From Bacilli bacterium (GTDB lineage Bacteria > Bacillota_I > Bacilli_A > RF39 > UBA660): a stretch of 64,000 nt of DNA. The notes under the pieces were generated by a model. That model made no database searches, was not told the DNA's origin, and worked only from the letters and a program-made list of their open reading frames with translations. The translations under genes and the position numbers were made by a program. This document shows positions 60,515 to 64,000 of the stretch, piece by piece. How positions within the stretch are numbered: position 1 is the stretch's first letter; each line of letters starts with the position of its first letter. Location: contig JAFSGC010000005.1 of NCBI GenBank assembly GCA_017434825.1, positions 3-64,002 of the forward strand. Reading direction: 5' to 3'.

Positions 60515-62056
60515 TTATTGGCACGCAGATTCCCCACTTATAGAGCCATACTTATTTTGTCCCTTCGTTCTAGTCAATACGTATGTGATTTGTTTGTTAC
60601 CATTTGTTGTATTAGAGAATACTAAATAATTGCCTGATACCCAGAATGATGCATCTTGATTTAAACGATATTCACCGCCACCGTCATAACTTGCCATTAA
60701 CCTATAATTCCACGGATCATATCCGAATGACATGTATGACCACATGTCTATGCTATAATATATTTTAAAACATACATCTGAATAACCTGGGTAATACCAT
60801 ACTCCTTTAACTTGATCTATACTTGTTACGTTTGTTCTAGTTTCATCAATAATTATTTCTGGTAATTGTACACCATTTACTTCTGAAGCAGGAATTGTTA
60901 TTTTTTTGGGTTCGTTTACTGTTACGGTATTGGTTGCAAAATTGTCGTTACACGTTACCTTCACTTCATATGTACCCGGCTTTTTATTACTAATTTGCGA
61001 TACATCAATTATGCAATTCAAATTATCATTCAATTCAAAATAATGTTTTGCTTCAAATGGTATGTTGCCATTATAGTCAATTGTTATATTTTGTTTTGGT
61101 TCTATTTTTGTATTTCTAGGTTTGGGTTCTTCTTCGACAGAATTGTTGGTTCCGTTATTATTATGATTCCCGCTGCTTCCATTATTACTTTTATTATCAT
61201 TGTTGTTTCTGTCTTCTTTGGCACCTTCTTTTTTTATAGCTTCTTTTATTATTTCATTTTCATTATATAAGTCTTCTTCTTCATACCCTATTTCTTTTAA
61301 TGCCACAGATAAAGCGTTCATTTCCCTTATGCTTTCTAAATAGTTTACTTTTTTATTTAACATTAAATTATTTATTATTATTTCCAACGATTCTGCCGAT
61401 ATAGACATTCCAATAGATGCGTTGTCTGTTGCATATGTATTGATTCCCAGCAATTCTCCTTTAGCATTTATTAACGGGCCACCTGAGTTACCAACATTTA
61501 GTGATATATCTGATTGCAAGAATTCTATGCCGGCTGCACTTCTTCTTGCGGATAATATTCCCTTCGTTGTAGTTGCTTCACCCTCTAAAGCATAAGCAAA
61601 ACCGATTGCATATACATCATTTGTAACTTTTAACTCTAATGTGTTAGCAAAACTCATAGCTTTTATTTTGGGCGCTTCTACAGCTAATAAAGCGATATCT
61701 GATTTGATATCATTGCTTACCAATTGTGCTGTTACTTTATCTCCATTATGATAACTTACAGTTATTTCACCTTTTATGTCGACAATATGACTATTGGTTA
61801 CTAGATACCCACTTTCGTGAAAAAAACCAGTTCCTATAATTACGTGTTTATCAGTGACTTTATTTGATATTCTAACTGTATTTTCTTTTATTAACTCTGT
61901 TGCTAATGCAGAATTTGAACTTGATAATGGTTTTATTTTCTCAATACCATTAATCTCTATGTCCTTTTGATTAGACAGACACAAAAACAATATAATACCA
62001 GTTGCCAATAATAATATCGTACATATTGTTCCTATTATTATTTTCTTTTTATTCAT
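60515..62056 (-). CDS. Membrane-anchored trypsin-like (HtrA-type, no PDZ seen) serine protease with a C-terminal Ig-like region
   Basis: TNSHIV, DIALL and GNSGGPL triad motifs; Asn-rich linker; PGTYEVKVTC. Confidence 0.88.
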   Translation of the reverse strand: MNKKKIIIGTICTILLLATGIILFLCLSNQKDIEINGIEKIKPLSSSNSALATELIKENTVRISNKVTDKHVIIGTGFFHESGYLVTNSHIVDIKGEITVSYHNGDKVTAQLVSNDIKSDIALLAVEAPKIKAMSFANTLELKVTNDVYAIGFAYALEGEATTTKGILSARRSAAGIEFLQSDISLNVGNSGGPLINAKGELLGINTYATDNASIGMSISAESLEIIINNLMLNKKVNYLESIREMNALSVALKEIGYEEEDLYNENEIIKEAIKKEGAKEDRNNNDNKSNNGSSGNHNNNGTNNSVEEEPKPRNTKIEPKQNITIDYNGNIPFEAKHYFELNDNLNCIIDVSQISNKKPGTYEVKVTCNDNFATNTVTVNEPKKITIPASEVNGVQLPEIIIDETRTNVTSIDQVKGVWYYPGYSDVCFKIYYSIDMWSYMSFGYDPWNYRLMASYDGGGEYRLNQDASFWVSGNYLVFSNTTNGNKQITYVLTRTKGQNKYGSISGESACQ

Positions 62057-62085
62057 CTATATCCCTCATTTAACTAAAGTATAAC

Positions 62086-62113
62086 AAAAAAGGCTAGATT
62101 TCTCTAGCCTTTT
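62086..62113 (-). terminator. Intrinsic terminator; a related copy lies at 63702-63727
   Basis: AAAAGGCTAGA-tttc-TCTAGCCTTTT. Confidence 0.7.
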
Positions 62114-62130
62114 GATTGTAATATCAATTC

Positions 62131-62760
62131 TTATTTTACCTTTATGGATTTAGCAATAAATTCTCCTAATTGCGACCATTCACTCTGATGGTTTTCTGTA
62201 CAATTAAAGTTTAAAATCATTATTTCATCATCGACTGAAAATATAATCATATAATTATAAATTTTTGAATCTATTGCATTTGTATTCAAAGCAATTGTAT
62301 GTACATCCAAACCATTTACTTCAAGAGGAAAATAATAGTAAAAATATCCCATTTGACTGAACGTTGACTTCGACGTCTCTACAAATTCGGTAAGATTCAT
62401 ACCAGATAGCTCAGTATTGTTGCCATTGTAAACAATACTTATAGATGCATCCTCATTAGCATAAGCTTTCTTCGGAGTATTTCCAAGCGGATACTTTAAT
62501 TCTAAAAGTTCCTTACTCATTGGTTTAAAATCACTTGGAACTCTAATAAGAAACTTGCCTAAGTCTTTATATACTGTTTTAATTTTCTTCCCACTCTGAG
62601 TAGTAAAAATCGTATCAGTAGCATTTGTATGCCCATCAGTTTTAGGATCATTAAAACAGACAAATAACGCCAATATTATTAGTAGCACAACTACAACAAT
62701 AAGAATTAAACTTAACTTTTGATTCTTATCAAGATTTGTTAAAGATGAACCATTTTTCAT
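62131..62760 (-). CDS. Membrane-anchored hypothetical protein (DcrB/PsbP-like)
   Basis: TM; IRVPSDFKPM...LKYP; AIDSKIYNYM; LNFNC...W......IAKSI. Confidence 0.65.
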   Translation of the reverse strand: MKNGSSLTNLDKNQKLSLILIVVVVLLIILALFVCFNDPKTDGHTNATDTIFTTQSGKKIKTVYKDLGKFLIRVPSDFKPMSKELLELKYPLGNTPKKAYANEDASISIVYNGNNTELSGMNLTEFVETSKSTFSQMGYFYYYFPLEVNGLDVHTIALNTNAIDSKIYNYMIIFSVDDEIMILNFNCTENHQSEWSQLGEFIAKSIKVK

Positions 62761-62831
62761 ATCTCCCACACCTCGTTTTAAATATACACCCTTATTATTT
62801 ATAAGTCAAACTGTATATTATTTGATTTGTT

Positions 62832-63614
62832 TTAAACAAATGATTCCGGTAATGTACTTCCACCGTCAATTACTAATCCATGGCCTGTTACATAACTGGA
62901 TTCGTCTGAAGTTAGGAAGCAAGCCACTTCGGCCACTTCTTCAGCATCGCCAAGGCGCCCCATAGGAATTGCTTTTGCAGCAGCAGATAACGCAGCATCA
63001 ACTCCGCCTTCTACACCCTCATAAACTTTTCTAATCATCGGAGTGTCAATTACGCCCGGAAGAATTGCATTTACCGTTATATTACTTGAAGCAACCTCAG
63101 ATGCTAACGCTTTTGTAAAAGCCATAACCGCTCCTTTTGTTCCAGCATAAGCAGAAGATCCTGGATCACACACCATAACACCTGTAACAGATGAAAAGTT
63201 TACAATTTTACCATATTTTGCTTGTTTCATATAGGGAATAGCTGCTCTACAAGAATTCCATACACCAAAATAATTAATATCAATTTCTCTATGAGCCTCT
63301 GCATCTATAGAGTCATCTGTAAAGTCAGTAAATACAGCTACACCTGCAGCATTTACAACTGCGTCAATCCTTCCATATTTTTCACATACATTTTTGTATA
63401 TTATCTTTAATTTTTCAGCATCACGAACGTCTGCGACGCAACCATTTACTTCATATCCTGCATTTCTTAATTCTTCAGCATAATCCATCACTTCAGGTAA
63501 GAAGTCAATGGCTACAACTTTTGCTCCATATTCAGCCATTTTCTTAACAGTTGCTCTTCCCATACCGTTGGCAGCCCCTGTTACAATAGCAATTCTGTTT
63601 TCTAATTTTCTCAT
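62832..63614 (-). CDS. SDR-family oxidoreductase (UcpA-like)
   Basis: TGAANGMG, NAAG, SSVTG, YAGTK and IDGGSTLPE motifs. Confidence 0.92.
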   Translation of the reverse strand: MRKLENRIAIVTGAANGMGRATVKKMAEYGAKVVAIDFLPEVMDYAEELRNAGYEVNGCVADVRDAEKLKIIYKNVCEKYGRIDAVVNAAGVAVFTDFTDDSIDAEAHREIDINYFGVWNSCRAAIPYMKQAKYGKIVNFSSVTGVMVCDPGSSAYAGTKGAVMAFTKALASEVASSNITVNAILPGVIDTPMIRKVYEGVEGGVDAALSAAAKAIPMGRLGDAEEVAEVACFLTSDESSYVTGHGLVIDGGSTLPESFV

Positions 63615-63732
63615 ATTTCTCTCCTTTACCTATATAAGCTTGTAGGCTTATATATTCTAATATCATTTTAACATATATATTTCAAAATACTAACAAAATT
63701 CAAAAAAGACTAGATTACTCTAGCCTTAATTA

Positions 63733-63921
63733 TTATTTTATTTCAATCGTTTGAATGTATTGAATATTAATCATTGAATTATCTTCAAAAACTATAAAGT
63801 TGTCATCGTATGCTACCAAAACACCTTCAAAAGCCGTTGTATATAAACCACGAGGCAATGAATCACTATATAAAGCAACACTAACTTTAATTTTTTTATT
63901 TAATAACCTATCTAACATCAT
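63733..63921 (-). CDS. Small hypothetical protein (LSm/Hfq-like beta pattern)
   Basis: KKIKVSV...FEGVLVAYDDNFIVF...MINIQYIQTIE. Confidence 0.6.
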   Translation of the reverse strand: MMLDRLLNKKIKVSVALYSDSLPRGLYTTAFEGVLVAYDDNFIVFEDNSMINIQYIQTIEIK

Positions 63922-63930
63922 AATCACCAA

Positions 63931-63999
63931 TTAATTATTTTTTCCTTGATAGCTGCTTGTACCGCACACCGTTTTAAGGGGCAATAATAAACTATTAAA
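63931..63999 (-). CDS. C-terminal fragment of a gene starting beyond the window
   Basis: Open frame FNSYYCPLKRCAVQAAIKEKNN* up to the window edge. Confidence 0.4.
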   Translation of the reverse strand, partial: FNSLLLPLKTVCGTSSYQGKNN

Positions 64000-64000
64000 A

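Overview
AT-rich chromosomal window using genetic code 11 (Trp=TGG, TGA is a stop). It most likely comes from a reduced-genome, spore-gene-bearing Bacilli lineage such as RF39/CAG; the taxon is inferred from gene style, not proven. The window spans the replication terminus: a Firmicutes-type dif site lies at 33971-33998, genes are mostly + on its left and mostly - on its right, and a Xer recombinase gene lies 4 kb away. Left arm: tandem cassettes of giant Cys-rich modular type IV pilin-like proteins, polA-murL-murD2-mutM, a compact atypical T-box before hisS-asnS-aspS-gatCAB, an orphan HerA-like ATPase, 6S RNA-tcdA-dxs, rarA-gpsA, xer, a 48-aa basic periodic peptide, Fic, ZIP, C26 and PIG-L genes. 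Right arm: an HTH gene, rnc-smc, yidD, a ZnuA-like lipoprotein, 4 tRNAs, sporulation genes (CotF-like, ylbJ, spoVID, ysxE, spoVB), lemA, a polysaccharide deacetylase, an ABC pair, mutS, a minor-pilin trio, rel-dtd, a serine protease and an SDR. No CRISPR array, transposase, prophage or reverse transcriptase was seen. The best leads are the modular TSR-containing pilin cassettes, the MurL/MurD2 pathway in a Bacilli host, the non-canonical T-box, the SASP/protamine-like peptide, a dif-symmetric inversion and a possibly hydrolase-dead Rel. All family calls come from motif recognition by eye; no searches were run.
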